Origin: Phycisphaerae bacterium
Lineage (GTDB): Bacteria; Planctomycetota; Phycisphaerae; UBA1845
Direction: 5' to 3'
Assembly: GCA_963666835.2 (NCBI GenBank)
Contig: CAXXGO010000006.1
Location: 2,048,001-2,112,000, forward strand
Length of the DNA: 64,000 bases
Under the pieces are notes generated by a model that saw only the letters and a list, made by a program, of their open reading frames with translations, was not told the origin of the DNA and ran no database searches. A program made the translations under genes and the position numbers. Every line of letters starts with the position of its first letter. Within the stretch, counting starts at the first letter, position 1. Shown one piece after another: positions 37,514 to 51,009 of the stretch.

Positions 37514-39058
37514 GTTGAGCTACTCCGGTTAAGCCTATGCGTTTGGTGCGAATGGACCATGTCCCACGAGCCCGCGAAACGAGCCGCACGTTGCGTTTGA
37601 GCGCCCGTTGATCATAATACCCGCGTCACAACACTGCTAGTCTACTCCAGAGCGACCAGACGATGAAGCCCAACAGGGACACTTTTCACGAACGCCTCCT
37701 CGCTGCATTGGAGTCCGAGGACGACTCGGCTCTGATCGCCGAACTCGCTGAGGTTCGGGCGGCTGATATCGGTGAGTCGTTTGAGGTGCTCGATGACGAG
37801 GAACGGTCGCGGATCCTGTTCGCTCTTCCTCCGCACACGGCGGCCGAGATGGTCATTATCCTCGATGAGGCCGTCCGGGGCGACGTTTTCGAGGAGATGG
37901 ACACCGAATCTCTCACCGAGATTCTGGTGGAGCTTCCACCGGACGATGCCGTAGATATGCTCGGCGAGCTCTCCGACGAGGCGAGCGAGGAGATCCTCGA
38001 GCAGATGCCGGATGAGGTGGCCGACCGGCTCGAGGAGTTGCTGGGATACGATGAGGAGACCGCCGGCGGGATTATGACGCCGGACATTGTCGCGGTGCCG
38101 GCTTCGGCAAGCGTTGCGGATGCGGTCGAACACGTTCGTCAGGCGAGCCAGCAGGAGGATCTGAACGAGGTTTTCGTTGTCGACGCCGCTCATAAACTGG
38201 TCGGTGTTGTTCCGCTACGCCGTCTGGTGACCAACCCGCCTTCTACCAAGCTCGGTGACATCTGCGATTGTGACCCTGTCACCGTTATGGTTGATGACGA
38301 CCAGGAGACCGTGGTTCAAGCCATCCGGAAGTATGATGTTATGGAGGCCGCGGTGCTAGCTGCTGACGGGCGCTTGGTAGGTCGGATCACGCACGATGAC
38401 CTGCTCGACGTTGCGGAAGAAGAGGCGGCTGAGGACCTTCTGCGAATGGCCGGTACGGATACGTCCGAGCTGGAAACCAGCTCCGTATTTCAGGCGGCTC
38501 GCATTCGCTTAACCTGGCTGCTCCCCTGCATGTTCGGGATGCTGTTGACGGCCGCCGTGCTCCAGATCGCCGAGCCGAAGTTCGACATAGCCCTGTTTGG
38601 CGCCTTGGCTCTGTTCGTACCGATGATCGGAGCCACCGGCGGCAATACCGGCATTCAGATTACCACTGTCATTGTGCGCGGCTTCGCTACGGGAGAGCTT
38701 GCCTCTACCAAGTTGGTCAGGGCTTTGGTTCGTGAGGGACGCATTGCTCTTACCATGGCTCCGGTCTGCGGGTTGTTGGCTTGGGGGCTTGTCACGATGT
38801 TCTTCCCCATCTTCGCCTGGATGGGCGTGGAAGCGGGCGGGCTTGCTGATCCGGCGCGCGTGGCCCAGGCAGTGGGGATCGCCATGACTCTGGCCATCCT
38901 GGTGGCCGGCTTCCTTGGGATTGCTCTGCCGTTCTCGTTCAGACGTCTTGGGGTGGATCCGGCCGTGTCGTCCGGACCGCTCGTTACCACCGTCAACGAT
39001 GTCGTATCTGTTACGATCTACATGACGGTTGCTGCGATGATCGTCGCGCAGAAAGCGG

Positions 39059-41935
<2,877 letters not shown>

Positions 41936-42301
41936 TCAAACACCGTCCTAACCATGGCAGTAGACACCCTTCCGCACTGGCGAGTTTAGCCTGAATGAGC
42001 AGAATTCAGTGCCTGCGCAATCACTCTTCTTGACCCGGTACGTGGCCGGCCGTCAATGCTGTGACGAATACGGATAATGTAACCTGCTAACGTCACCGGT
42101 CCAATCGGCTTTTTGTGTGTCCGACACTCGCGACGCCGCGGACAAGGCAACTTGAGGCACGCGATTCTCCTTCAGTAGGCCTGCTCAGACTGCCGACAGT
42201 GATCGAGTGGGGACGGTGTAGGTTCCGCTTGACAGGCTTGCCCCTGCACAATAGCGTCCCGGTCGACAAGGAATACACTCTCTTTAAGAGAAGGAGCTCT
42301 C

Positions 42302-42889
42302 ATGCGTAAGCTAACTACCCTCTCCGTGATGTTGTGCTGTCTGTTCGCGATTACTACGGGATGCAAGGCCCCCGCTCCGGTGGTACCGGATGAACCGTAC
42401 ACCGCCTCCAACAACCCCACGACGCTCGCCGGTCGTGGCGCGCCGGATCTCGAGGACGACAAGAGGCCGGCCGCGTGGGTGTTCATCGACGGGATCGGCG
42501 GGCACTTCATCGACGTTGAAGGACGTCCTCAGGTGCAGTGGGTAATCGACGGCAAGGTCTGCTCGACCCCGACCTTCCAGGTGGAGGTGTACGAGGACTT
42601 GCTCGGCAAGGCCACCGATTTCAAATGCGTTCTCAAGAGTTTGGACACCGACGACGGTCCCGGCGAGACGTACTTCGGGATTGCCGCCAAGGAAGGACGC
42701 TTCTCGGCCGGCAAGGAATACTCCCTTGTCGCTCCCGGGGAGGATTTCGTCGTTCGAGATGCGACCCATACCGAGATCAACGAGATCGGACCGCTGGCGC
42801 CCGGTGAGTATATGCTGGCTGCAGGGGTCAAGAACGGCGAAACCGGCAAAGAGGCCCTCGCTATAACCTACTTCACTGTAGGAAGATGA
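42302..42889 (+). CDS. Hypothetical lipoprotein
   Basis: AGGAG SD; lipobox-like ITTG|C after a hydrophobic core. Confidence 0.75.
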   Translation: MRKLTTLSVMLCCLFAITTGCKAPAPVVPDEPYTASNNPTTLAGRGAPDLEDDKRPAAWVFIDGIGGHFIDVEGRPQVQWVIDGKVCSTPTFQVEVYEDLLGKATDFKCVLKSLDTDDGPGETYFGIAAKEGRFSAGKEYSLVAPGEDFVVRDATHTEINEIGPLAPGEYMLAAGVKNGETGKEALAITYFTVGR

Positions 42890-42920
42890 CCGTCGGCACC
42901 GGCTGACGGCAATAACGTGA

Positions 42921-42946
42921 CCCCGCCCCCGCTATCGGGGGCGGGG
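42921..42946. terminator. GC-rich hairpin between convergent genes
   Basis: CCCCGCCCCCG-CTAT-CGGGGGCGGGG, a perfect 11-bp stem. Confidence 0.55.
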
Positions 42947-43085
42947 AGACCTGCGCCCAGGGCGTTATCGCACGTAGAGGCTCGGGTCCACTCCACGTCC
43001 TATCTCTACACTGCTCAAGAGCAGTGGCACGCGCGAGGATCTAGGTGTGACGTGGCGAGGTGATGCTACGTTAGCGCGGCGACAA

Positions 43086-43613
43086 TCAGTCGTCGTGCTC
43101 ATCATCATCCGCCTCATCGAAGCCGTCCATCGGCTCGATGGCCGGTCCGAAGGCAATCAAGTAGCCCTCGAGCACGCGGACGACCTTCCCGCGGAATTCG
43201 CTTCGCTCCAGCTCCACACAATCTTCCGTATCCATCGTGGTGGAGAAGACGTGCCCCCCGTCGGCCTCGCGGTCGTGTGTGACAGTCGGATCGGGCCAGT
43301 CCAAGCCGGCTTCGGCGAAGGTTCCGCCTAAGTAGGCTTCGATTGTCGTCTCGGCGTCACTTACGGACTGCACAAACTCCTCCCCGACCTCTGGACTCTG
43401 CGTTCGGAAGGACACGGCCACCTGGGGCACGGTGGGCCGTACGGTGACCTCGAACCAGCAGTTATTACCGGCGTCGAAGCGGAGCGTGGATTCTCCTTCG
43501 GTTTCGCCTTCGCTACGCATTGCCGGTCCGTAACGATCATCGGCCTCGACGATGCCCTCCACGTATTCCAAGAAGGCTGCGACCAACTCGTAATCATCCT
43601 CGGAAAGTGTCAT
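43086..43613 (-). CDS. Highly acidic hypothetical protein
   Basis: 175 aa, Asp/Glu-rich, GGAG SD; overlaps the end of the upstream kinase-like gene. Confidence 0.75.
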   Translation of the reverse strand: MTLSEDDYELVAAFLEYVEGIVEADDRYGPAMRSEGETEGESTLRFDAGNNCWFEVTVRPTVPQVAVSFRTQSPEVGEEFVQSVSDAETTIEAYLGGTFAEAGLDWPDPTVTHDREADGGHVFSTTMDTEDCVELERSEFRGKVVRVLEGYLIAFGPAIEPMDGFDEADDDEHDD

Positions 43614-44409
43614 CTTGTGTCACTCCAGTCGTTTCTTGAGGGTCAACACGTCCTCTTTCACGGCCCTGCCGCCGAGGGTCGATCCGATCGAGAATCAAAC
43701 GGCGCACGCGCGTGAAGGGTAGGGTAACAAACCGGTGCATGCGAACATACCACGGACGGCGATAGGATGCCGCAAGCTGTTCCGCCGTAAGCTGATCCGG
43801 ACGGGTGCGGCGTTGCAGTTTGAGCAGATGGTAGCGGTCGCCCGCCTGAAACCACGCTCGTAAACGCCGCATCGGCCAAAGCTCACCGCCCCATTTCAGC
43901 GGAACGTACCAACAGATCTGAAAGTCGAACAAATGCGGTTGCCCGTCATCTCCGACCAGCACGTTTTCGCATTTTTCCAGGTCGACGTACGCCATGTCCC
44001 GCTGGTGGATTCGGTCGATCAGGGTCCGCAGTTGTTCGTGGAAATCGTCCGGAACCTGCTCGCCCTTGGCCAGCGGGTGCCCCTCCACGAATTCCCGAAC
44101 GATGCCCGTGGAGCCCCAGGGACCGATGAGCTGCGGCACGCCGTCGACGTCGGCCAATCTCTGAAACGCTCCTTCCTCTCGCCGGGCGAGGAACCGCCCG
44201 ACCCAGCCCAAAGGGACCAGCAGGAAGCTCGCTTGGCGGTTGACTTTGAGCAGCACCTTGCCCGGGGCACCCTCGTACAGGGCGGTGATCGCGAAGAAGT
44301 CGTTTTTGAAGACCTCTCGCTGGGTGTAGGACTCTCCGCCCACGTCAATCTCGGCAGGGAGGGGCTTACGCCCGAGGGCTTTCAAGCTGGAGGGGACTTG
44401 CCTCGCCAA
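43594..44409 (-). CDS. Protein-kinase-like (RIO/Kdo-type) kinase
   Basis: VLLK, VPQL, EFVEG, IH..MAYVDLEKCENVLV and LFDFQ. Confidence 0.75.
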   Translation of the reverse strand: MARQVPSSLKALGRKPLPAEIDVGGESYTQREVFKNDFFAITALYEGAPGKVLLKVNRQASFLLVPLGWVGRFLARREEGAFQRLADVDGVPQLIGPWGSTGIVREFVEGHPLAKGEQVPDDFHEQLRTLIDRIHQRDMAYVDLEKCENVLVGDDGQPHLFDFQICWYVPLKWGGELWPMRRLRAWFQAGDRYHLLKLQRRTRPDQLTAEQLAASYRRPWYVRMHRFVTLPFTRVRRLILDRIDPRRQGRERGRVDPQETTGVTQDDTFRG

Positions 44410-44539
44410 AGTCGCGGTCTTTCGCAGGCTCAGAAATCAGCACCGATTACAATTGGCGGGATTGTAGCGGGGAGCCGGAGCGTGTCCAATTAGGCCCACG
44501 CGGTTGACCTGTTGGTGCCGGGGGAGCGTAGTAGTGAAT

Positions 44540-46870
44540 ATGCAGAAGACCGTCGAGAACCTCTCGCTGTTTCTGCTGATCGTGGTGGTGGTAGTTCGCC
44601 CCTTGGTCGCGGAGACGTACGATTCGGCCGGCAGTCCGCTTACTGCCGCGCTGGGCGCCGTCTCCGATCCCACGCCGGTCCGAACGCTGGTGTTTGACCT
44701 GGCAATTCTCATCGGTGCGTGCGGCTGGCTGGCCTCGCGCTTCTTCGGGACGCCCCGGCGGTATCGCTGGACCGGACTCGAGTGGGGCGGCGGGTTGATT
44801 ATCGTGGCGGCCGTGATCTCGTGCGTGTTCGCCGGCAACAAGCGCCTGGCCATTAACGCTTCTGCAGATTGGCTGTGCTTGATTGTTCTGACGATCGGCC
44901 TGGTTCAACTCATGCACCGGCGTTGGCAGCGCCGGTTAGTGCTGGCCGCGGTGATGGCGTCGGCATGTGCTCAGGCGGTTCATTGTGCTGACGAGTACTT
45001 CTGGGGCTTCCCGGATACATGGGCCCATTACGAGAGTATGAAGGCGGAGTTCTGGGCTCAGCAAGGAGTCGAGCTGGACTCGGCCAAGGTTGAGATGTTC
45101 GAGCGGCGGATGAGGGCCCACGAAGCCTCGGGCTATTTCCCGCACAGCAATATCGCCGGGGCTTATCTTATCATGTGCGGGCTGGTAGGGGTTGGAATTA
45201 CCGCGGTGCAATGGCGATGGGCGGCGGACCCGGTCGGGGTCGCTTTGGCGGTATTCTGCACACTGGCTGTCGCGGTGGTCCTGCTGGCCGCGTTTCTGAC
45301 CGGGAGCCTGGGGGCTCTGGTGGCCGGCGGTTTCGGGGTGGTTGTCTGGCTGTTCGTTCGATGGAAGGCCTTGTGGATAGACCGGCATCGCCGCGGAGCC
45401 TTGGTTATCGGGTGGGTGTGTGCGGTGGTGGGGATGTTGGCTTTCGTCGGGCACGGTCTGGTTCACGATCGGTTCCCCCACATGTCGCTGACCTTCCGAT
45501 GGCAATACTGGAAGGCGTCGGCCGGACTGATGGCGGATCATGTTTGGACCGGTGTCGGCCGGGAGAACTTCGGCCGCAAGTACCTGCAATACAAGCCGAT
45601 AGACAGCCCCGAGGAGATTTCCAATCCGCACAATCTGTTTGTACAGGCAATGTCGGAGTGGGGCGTGCTCGGACTGGGTGGCATCGTCGTGATTCTGGTT
45701 GGAGTGTCGCGGGTTGTTGCCCGTCCGGTGCTGCGCCGCGGTTTCCGGGATGACGACGCGGAACCGGAGCCGGGGTTGGTGGCATGGTGGCTCTGGGGCG
45801 GCGCGTTGTTGGTTACTTTGACGGTGGTACGGCTGGCGTTGATCGATACGGATGCAGACAAGTTCTTCGCTTTCGCATACTCCACGAGCGTCGTAACCGG
45901 GATGGCGTGGCTGGCGGGGTTTGCGGCGTTTAGTTTTAACGATCAGGCCGGTATCGGCAGCAGTCCGTTGAAGAAGGGGGGGAAGAAGCGCGACCGGGTT
46001 ACTGGAAGCGACCCCATTGGCTTTCTTGAACGCCCGATTGTGCCAACGGCCCTAGCGGTGGCTCTTCTGGTCTTCCTGTTGCAGGACATGATCAATTTTG
46101 CGTCCTTTGTTCCCGGATCGGCGACGACTTGCTTTACGCTGCTGGCGGTTTGTGTTGCCCAGCGAGTGGGGGTTGAGCCGGTGCCGGCCGGGCGGGGAAA
46201 CCGAGGGCGGATCGCGGCGATTGTCGCGGGATTGTTGGCTACGGTGGGTTTCGTCGTTTTGACGGCCTGGCCGGTTGTGAGCGCCAACCGTAGCCTGGTC
46301 CGCGCTGAGAAGATGGCTCCGCAGATCGCCCCGGCGCCGATCAGCAGTCAGCTTGCCGACCGGTTCTACCGGGAGGCGCTGGCGGCCGATCCGCTGGATC
46401 CGACTCCCGCGGTTGCCCGCGCCGGGTGGCTCTATTCGATCACGAGCATCCCGCAGTTGCGGGAGCCGGCGTTCGCTCTGGCGGTGGAATCCGTCGAGGA
46501 GGCTCGGAAGCGTGATCCGTTCGACGTCAAGCTGCCGCGAATGCTGATGCAGCTTCATCGAGCCGAGGCGGAGTATATGCACGCCCCGGAGGATTATCTC
46601 TCCGCGGTGCGTGCCGCCGAAGAGGCACTGAAGCTGTATCCGCTCGACCCGCCGGGGATCAAGTCGCTGGCCGACTGCCTGACGGAAGCCGGGACGGCGT
46701 CCGGCTCGCAAGACCTGCTGCGTCAGGCGCTTGAGACATATCAGAAGGCGATGGATGTCGACGATTCCCGGCTCGAATGGGAGACCATCCGCCGGTTCCG
46801 TGCGCGGGAGCTGGATGAGATCCGAGAGCAGATGAACGGGATCCGGCAGCGTCTGTCGGCGACCGAATAG
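44540..46870 (+). CDS. O-antigen ligase (Wzy_C) family membrane protein with C-terminal TPR-like helices
   Basis: GYFPHSN, TGSLGAL, FRWQYW, TGVGRENF and NPHNLFVQAMSEWGVLG; YREALAADP and ALKLYP TPR-like motifs. Confidence 0.85.
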   Translation: MQKTVENLSLFLLIVVVVVRPLVAETYDSAGSPLTAALGAVSDPTPVRTLVFDLAILIGACGWLASRFFGTPRRYRWTGLEWGGGLIIVAAVISCVFAGNKRLAINASADWLCLIVLTIGLVQLMHRRWQRRLVLAAVMASACAQAVHCADEYFWGFPDTWAHYESMKAEFWAQQGVELDSAKVEMFERRMRAHEASGYFPHSNIAGAYLIMCGLVGVGITAVQWRWAADPVGVALAVFCTLAVAVVLLAAFLTGSLGALVAGGFGVVVWLFVRWKALWIDRHRRGALVIGWVCAVVGMLAFVGHGLVHDRFPHMSLTFRWQYWKASAGLMADHVWTGVGRENFGRKYLQYKPIDSPEEISNPHNLFVQAMSEWGVLGLGGIVVILVGVSRVVARPVLRRGFRDDDAEPEPGLVAWWLWGGALLVTLTVVRLALIDTDADKFFAFAYSTSVVTGMAWLAGFAAFSFNDQAGIGSSPLKKGGKKRDRVTGSDPIGFLERPIVPTALAVALLVFLLQDMINFASFVPGSATTCFTLLAVCVAQRVGVEPVPAGRGNRGRIAAIVAGLLATVGFVVLTAWPVVSANRSLVRAEKMAPQIAPAPISSQLADRFYREALAADPLDPTPAVARAGWLYSITSIPQLREPAFALAVESVEEARKRDPFDVKLPRMLMQLHRAEAEYMHAPEDYLSAVRAAEEALKLYPLDPPGIKSLADCLTEAGTASGSQDLLRQALETYQKAMDVDDSRLEWETIRRFRARELDEIREQMNGIRQRLSATE

Positions 46871-46906
46871 CCAGGCGCCGAATGCACGCGATCGCCGTTC
46901 CCGTCG

Positions 46907-47513
46907 CGGCAGGTCTCGTTCCTCGACCGTGCCCTACGGAACGGGTGGCCCATGGCTTTAGCCGTGGGGGATGCCCGCAATCCGTACGGCGAGCGTAAGC
47001 GACCCGCTCCGGGCGTGTGGTGCATTGGGCCGGCTCCCTGACGGTTGCGATACTGACATGCTGGAGGCACTCCCCGGCAGTCGCGGGGCTGATGTATCAG
47101 AGGCATTCTCTGGCAGTCTGCAGGCAGGATGCCTACGCTACGGTAGTCGCGGCAGGTCTCGTTCCTCGACCGTGCCCTACGGGTGGCCCATTGCTTCAGC
47201 GGTGGGGGATGCCTAAGGAATGTCAAATATGTGGCAGTAGTCGCGGCAGGTCTCGTTCCTCGACCGTGCCCTACGGAGGTGCCGGCGGGGTGGCATGGGC
47301 CAACTTGTTGGCCCGTGGCGGGTTGTGTTTTACGAGTGGTGCGTTGTGGAGCGTTCTGCAGGCAGGATGCCTACGCTACGGTAGTCGCGGCAGGTCTCGT
47401 TCCTCGACCGTGCCCTACGGAACGGGTGGCCCATGGCTTTAGCCGTGGGGCTGTCGTTCCTCGACCGTGCCCTACGGGTTGCGGCAGCTTCTGTGCCTCG
47501 ACCGTGCCCTACG
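46907..47513. repeat. Dense REP cluster (BIME-like mosaic)
   Basis: Four full copies (46907, 47150, 47244, 47388) and two partial copies of the 32-nt REP. Interleaved with GCAGGCAGGATGCCTACGCTAC (x2) and CCCATGGCTTTAGCCGTGGG-type palindromes (x3). Confidence 0.92.
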
Positions 47514-47527
47514 ATGCGGCGGTTGGG

Positions 47528-48034
47528 CTACTCGCTGATGACCCAAGTCTTGTGTTCGTCAAGGACGAAGTGGTAGGTCGAGTAGTCTCGTTGGACCAGC
47601 TCGCTGTTGCGGCCGTCGATGCGGATAACCACCAGCTTGTCCCAGCGGATCGGGATGCGGCTGACGTTGATGGAGAACTCGGCGACGTCGTGCGTTTCGA
47701 TGGTCAGCTTGTTTCGATCCGCGTCGAACGAGCCGGTGGCCCAAGCCCCTGCGGCTTCGCCGCGCACTTTGTGGATTGCCAGCCACTCGGCGCCGTCGTT
47801 TGCCGTAGCGCCGATCTCCACGCGGGTGGGGATCGGTTCCGGTGGGGGGGCGGGGTTGGTCTCCACCTGGCCGGCGACCGGCACTTCCGACCGGGTCGGG
47901 CAGGCGGCGTCCGGGGTGCAACAGAACAAAAGCAGGCACAGGCTCCCCGAGCCGATACAGCCCGATAACGATAACCGGCGGGCACTTCCCGGCCTTCGGC
48001 CGCGGTTCGGGATTGATGCACGGTTGAGGTTCAT
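47528..48034 (-). CDS. Hypothetical exported/lipo-protein
   Basis: AGGAGG SD before ATG 48034; hydrophobic LCLLLFCC, Pro linker and beta-rich C-terminus. Confidence 0.65.
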   Translation of the reverse strand: MNLNRASIPNRGRRPGSARRLSLSGCIGSGSLCLLLFCCTPDAACPTRSEVPVAGQVETNPAPPPEPIPTRVEIGATANDGAEWLAIHKVRGEAAGAWATGSFDADRNKLTIETHDVAEFSINVSRIPIRWDKLVVIRIDGRNSELVQRDYSTYHFVLDEHKTWVISE

Positions 48035-48219
48035 GGAGACCACCTCCTGAGTCGCGGGCGCGACCCCGTTGAGGTCGAAGAGAATCAACAGGCTCACGTT
48101 CCCAGGGAAGCCGCTCCGCGGCAACCCTGAGCTTGGGGACGGAAGCTAACGTCGCCGAGCCCGGTTGCCAAGGCGACCGCGATCTTGTACCGTCCATCCC
48201 CCCGAAAGGACGCATACTA

Positions 48220-48774
48220 ATGACCCGAAGCAGAAAAGAACCGATCACCCGCTCAACGACGATCCTGGCCGTCCGGCGGGACGACAGTGTCGCAATTGGT
48301 GGCGACGGACAGGTTTCCATCGGCGACACGGCCGTCAAGCACAACGCCCGCAAGATCCGACCTTTGGCCGAAGGGAAGGTTCTATGCGGGTTTGCCGGAT
48401 CAACGGCCGACGCCTTTGCCCTGTTGGAGCGGTTTGAGGTGAAACTCGAACAGCACAAGGCCAACGTGCGGCGGGCCGCGATTGAGCTTGCCAAAGAGTG
48501 GCGTACGGACCGGGTCCTACGGCGTCTTCAGGCAATGCTGGTGGCGGTGGCGAAGGACGCCACGCTCATGCTGAGCGGGTCCGGGGACGTAATCGAACCG
48601 TCCGACGGGGTCGTTGGGATCGGCTCGGGGGGGATGTACGCGTCCGCGGCCGCCAAGGCGCTGATCAGCCATACCGATCTGCCACCCGAGCAGATTGTCA
48701 GGACTTCGCTCGGTATCGCGGCGGACATCTGTGTTTACACGAACCATGATCTGACGATCGAGGTATTGGAATAA
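48220..48774 (+). CDS. hslV: ATP-dependent protease subunit HslV
   Basis: [32 protein letters not shown] and ICVYTN. Confidence 0.98.
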   Translation: MTRSRKEPITRSTTILAVRRDDSVAIGGDGQVSIGDTAVKHNARKIRPLAEGKVLCGFAGSTADAFALLERFEVKLEQHKANVRRAAIELAKEWRTDRVLRRLQAMLVAVAKDATLMLSGSGDVIEPSDGVVGIGSGGMYASAAAKALISHTDLPPEQIVRTSLGIAADICVYTNHDLTIEVLE

Positions 48775-48874
48775 GATAAGGGGATGCAACGGTGCGCAGC
48801 GCGGCGATTCGATCCTCTTGCCGGTTCGGTCGTCGCTGCGATCTGATATTCCGTTCAACTTATCCGGGACGACC

Positions 48875-50218
48875 ATGCAGGAATTGACTCCTAAGCAGAC
48901 TGTTGAGGCACTCGATAAGTATATCGTCGGCCAGAACGCGGCGAAGCGGGCGGCGGCCGTGGCTATCCGAAACCGCTGGCGGCGTCGCCAACTTCCGGAC
49001 GAGCTGCGCGACGAAGTCGGCCCGAGCAACATGATTTTGATGGGCCCCACCGGAGTCGGAAAGACTGAGATTGCCCGGAGGCTGGCCAATCTGGTGAACG
49101 CGCCATTCATTAAGGTCGAGGCCACCAAATACACCGAAGTGGGCTACCACGGTCGTGATGTAGAGAGCATGATCCGCGATCTCGTGGAATTAGCCATCCA
49201 CATGGTCAACGCCGAGCAGACTGAGGTCGTGCGGGCGGAGGGGGAGCGGCTTACGGAGGAGCGGTTGATCGATGCCCTCATGCCGCCGACGGACTTCGAC
49301 CGGATGGATGACGCTCCCCAGAGCGAGACGGCCGAACGCCGCCACCGCAGTCGCGAGAAGATGCGGGTCCAACTCCGCGAAGGGGAACTGGACGATCGGG
49401 TAGTAGAGATCAGCGTTGAGTCGCGCGGTACGCCGATCGGGGTCATGGCCACGCTCGGCGGCGACCAGCTCGACAACGACTTCCAGGGCTTGATGGATCG
49501 GCTGATCCCTTCGCAATCGAAATCGCGGTCGGTACCGATCCGCGAAGCTCGCAAGATCATCTTCGACCAGGAGTGCGACAAGCTGATCGACCGTGATAAG
49601 GTCATCGAGCGCGCCGTGCGGCGGACCGAGAACTCCGGAATCGTGTTCCTTGACGAACTGGACAAGCTGACCGCGCCGAGCCAGAGCCACGGGCCGGACA
49701 TCTCGCGGCAGGGGGTGCAGCGCGATTTGCTTCCGGTCATAGAAGGCTGCACGGTCAACACTCGCTACGGTCCGGTGAAGACGGACCACATTCTCTTCAT
49801 CGCGGCCGGGGCGTTCCATGTGTGCAAACCCAGCGATCTCATGCCGGAGCTTCAGGGACGGTTGCCCATTAGGGTGGAGCTGGACGATCTGACCCGTGAC
49901 GATTTCGTGCGGATCCTCACGGAACCGGAGAACGCGCTGACCAAGCAGCAGACCGCATTGCTCGCCACCGAGGGAGTGTTGATCGAGTTCACCGAGGACG
50001 CGATCGCGACCCTGGCCGACACGGCTTACCGCGTTAATGAATCGACGGACAACATCGGAGCCCGGCGGCTGACCACGGTGATGGAGAAGCTCATGGAGGA
50101 GATCAGCTTCACCGCTCCGGACCGGAACGGTGAGACGATCCGGATCGACGCGGCCCACGTCACCGAGCGGCTAGCGAGTATCAGTCAGGACAGCGACCTG
50201 AGCCGGTTCATCCTGTGA
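48875..50218 (+). CDS. hslU: ATP-dependent protease ATPase subunit HslU
   Basis: GPTGVGKTEIARRLA, EATKYTEVGY, GVQRDLLP, ELQGRLPIRV, NIGARRL and DLSRFIL. Confidence 0.98.
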   Translation: MQELTPKQTVEALDKYIVGQNAAKRAAAVAIRNRWRRRQLPDELRDEVGPSNMILMGPTGVGKTEIARRLANLVNAPFIKVEATKYTEVGYHGRDVESMIRDLVELAIHMVNAEQTEVVRAEGERLTEERLIDALMPPTDFDRMDDAPQSETAERRHRSREKMRVQLREGELDDRVVEISVESRGTPIGVMATLGGDQLDNDFQGLMDRLIPSQSKSRSVPIREARKIIFDQECDKLIDRDKVIERAVRRTENSGIVFLDELDKLTAPSQSHGPDISRQGVQRDLLPVIEGCTVNTRYGPVKTDHILFIAAGAFHVCKPSDLMPELQGRLPIRVELDDLTRDDFVRILTEPENALTKQQTALLATEGVLIEFTEDAIATLADTAYRVNESTDNIGARRLTTVMEKLMEEISFTAPDRNGETIRIDAAHVTERLASISQDSDLSRFIL

Positions 50219-50470
50219 CATCCTCCGTCGAAAGGCGGGACCCGCCCCGGGGAGATTTCCGGGCCAGGGTACCCAGAGACGCCCCCGGCGAGGCGGTTGT
50301 GTCCTTCGTTCACGGACCGGAGGGAAGCGTCGGACGCCCTTTGGAACCCGGCGGGGAACGGCGTACCGGGTTGGCAGCGTTTTGTGGCATCAGGAGTGGG
50401 TCTATTATAGGACGTTATGTCCTGCTTTCGGGCGCTGCGAATCTTATCGAAACAAACTCAGATGCGGCCA

Positions 50471-50500
50471 TTGCCACAAGTCGATCTTTTGGCGTAGGAT
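50471..50500 (+). promoter_or_regulatory. Sigma70-like promoter upstream of rpsU
   Basis: TTGCCA-18 nt-TAGGAT. Confidence 0.45.
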
Positions 50501-50576
50501 ACGCCCGTTGTTCACCGGAGTAGTCTTTGGGCATGGTTTGTTCCGTTCGGTTGGTAGTTCCAGGAAGGGAGTTGCG

Positions 50577-50777
50577 TTGATCAAGATCAGGCCTCGCGGC
50601 AATGAGTCTATTCAGCAGATGTTGAAGCGCTTCAAGCGCTTGTGTCAGCGCGAGGGGTTGACGCGCGATATGAAACGCCACAGCTATTACGAGAAGCCGT
50701 CCGAGCGGAAGCGGCGGCAGTCGCGCAAGGCTGCTCGTAAGGTTGAGCGGGACGATCGACCGTCGTTTCGGCGGTAG
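50577..50777 (+). CDS. rpsU: 30S ribosomal protein S21
   Basis: TTG start after GGAG; NESIQQMLKRFKR..EG..DMKRHSYYEKPSERKRR. Confidence 0.95.
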   Translation: MIKIRPRGNESIQQMLKRFKRLCQREGLTRDMKRHSYYEKPSERKRRQSRKAARKVERDDRPSFRR

Positions 50778-51009
50778 AGAGCTTTGGCTTCCGGGGTGTG
50801 CGGCCGTGGGGGTTCTTCTCTACGGCGGCCCCGTGCGTCTTGTGCAGATCGGTTTAGTTCCGGGCTTCACCCAGCGTTACTAATCATCGGTGGTTGAGTT
50901 GTATCAGCTCGGGTCGGCGTCGGTGGTTGTCACCGGGTGACGTCGGCTTGGGCTACCGCTATATTCTGTTTGCGGCGAAGTTAACTCCCGGCAACGGAGG
51001 TAATGAGTT

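Noticed and set aside
46907..47513. CRISPR array of 32-nt repeats
   Set aside because: Spacing is highly irregular, the 'spacers' contain other palindromic repeats, and identical units are scattered across the window.
47183..47968. 261-aa ORF with repeated AGLVPRPCPT
   Set aside because: The peptide repeat is just the translated REP, and the rest is antisense to 47528-48034.
50221..50245. CCGTC-GAAA-GGCGG hairpin as a c-di-GMP-I P2 stem
   Set aside because: The flanking GCAAAC and CGCAAAG motifs are absent; it is an isolated hairpin after hslU.
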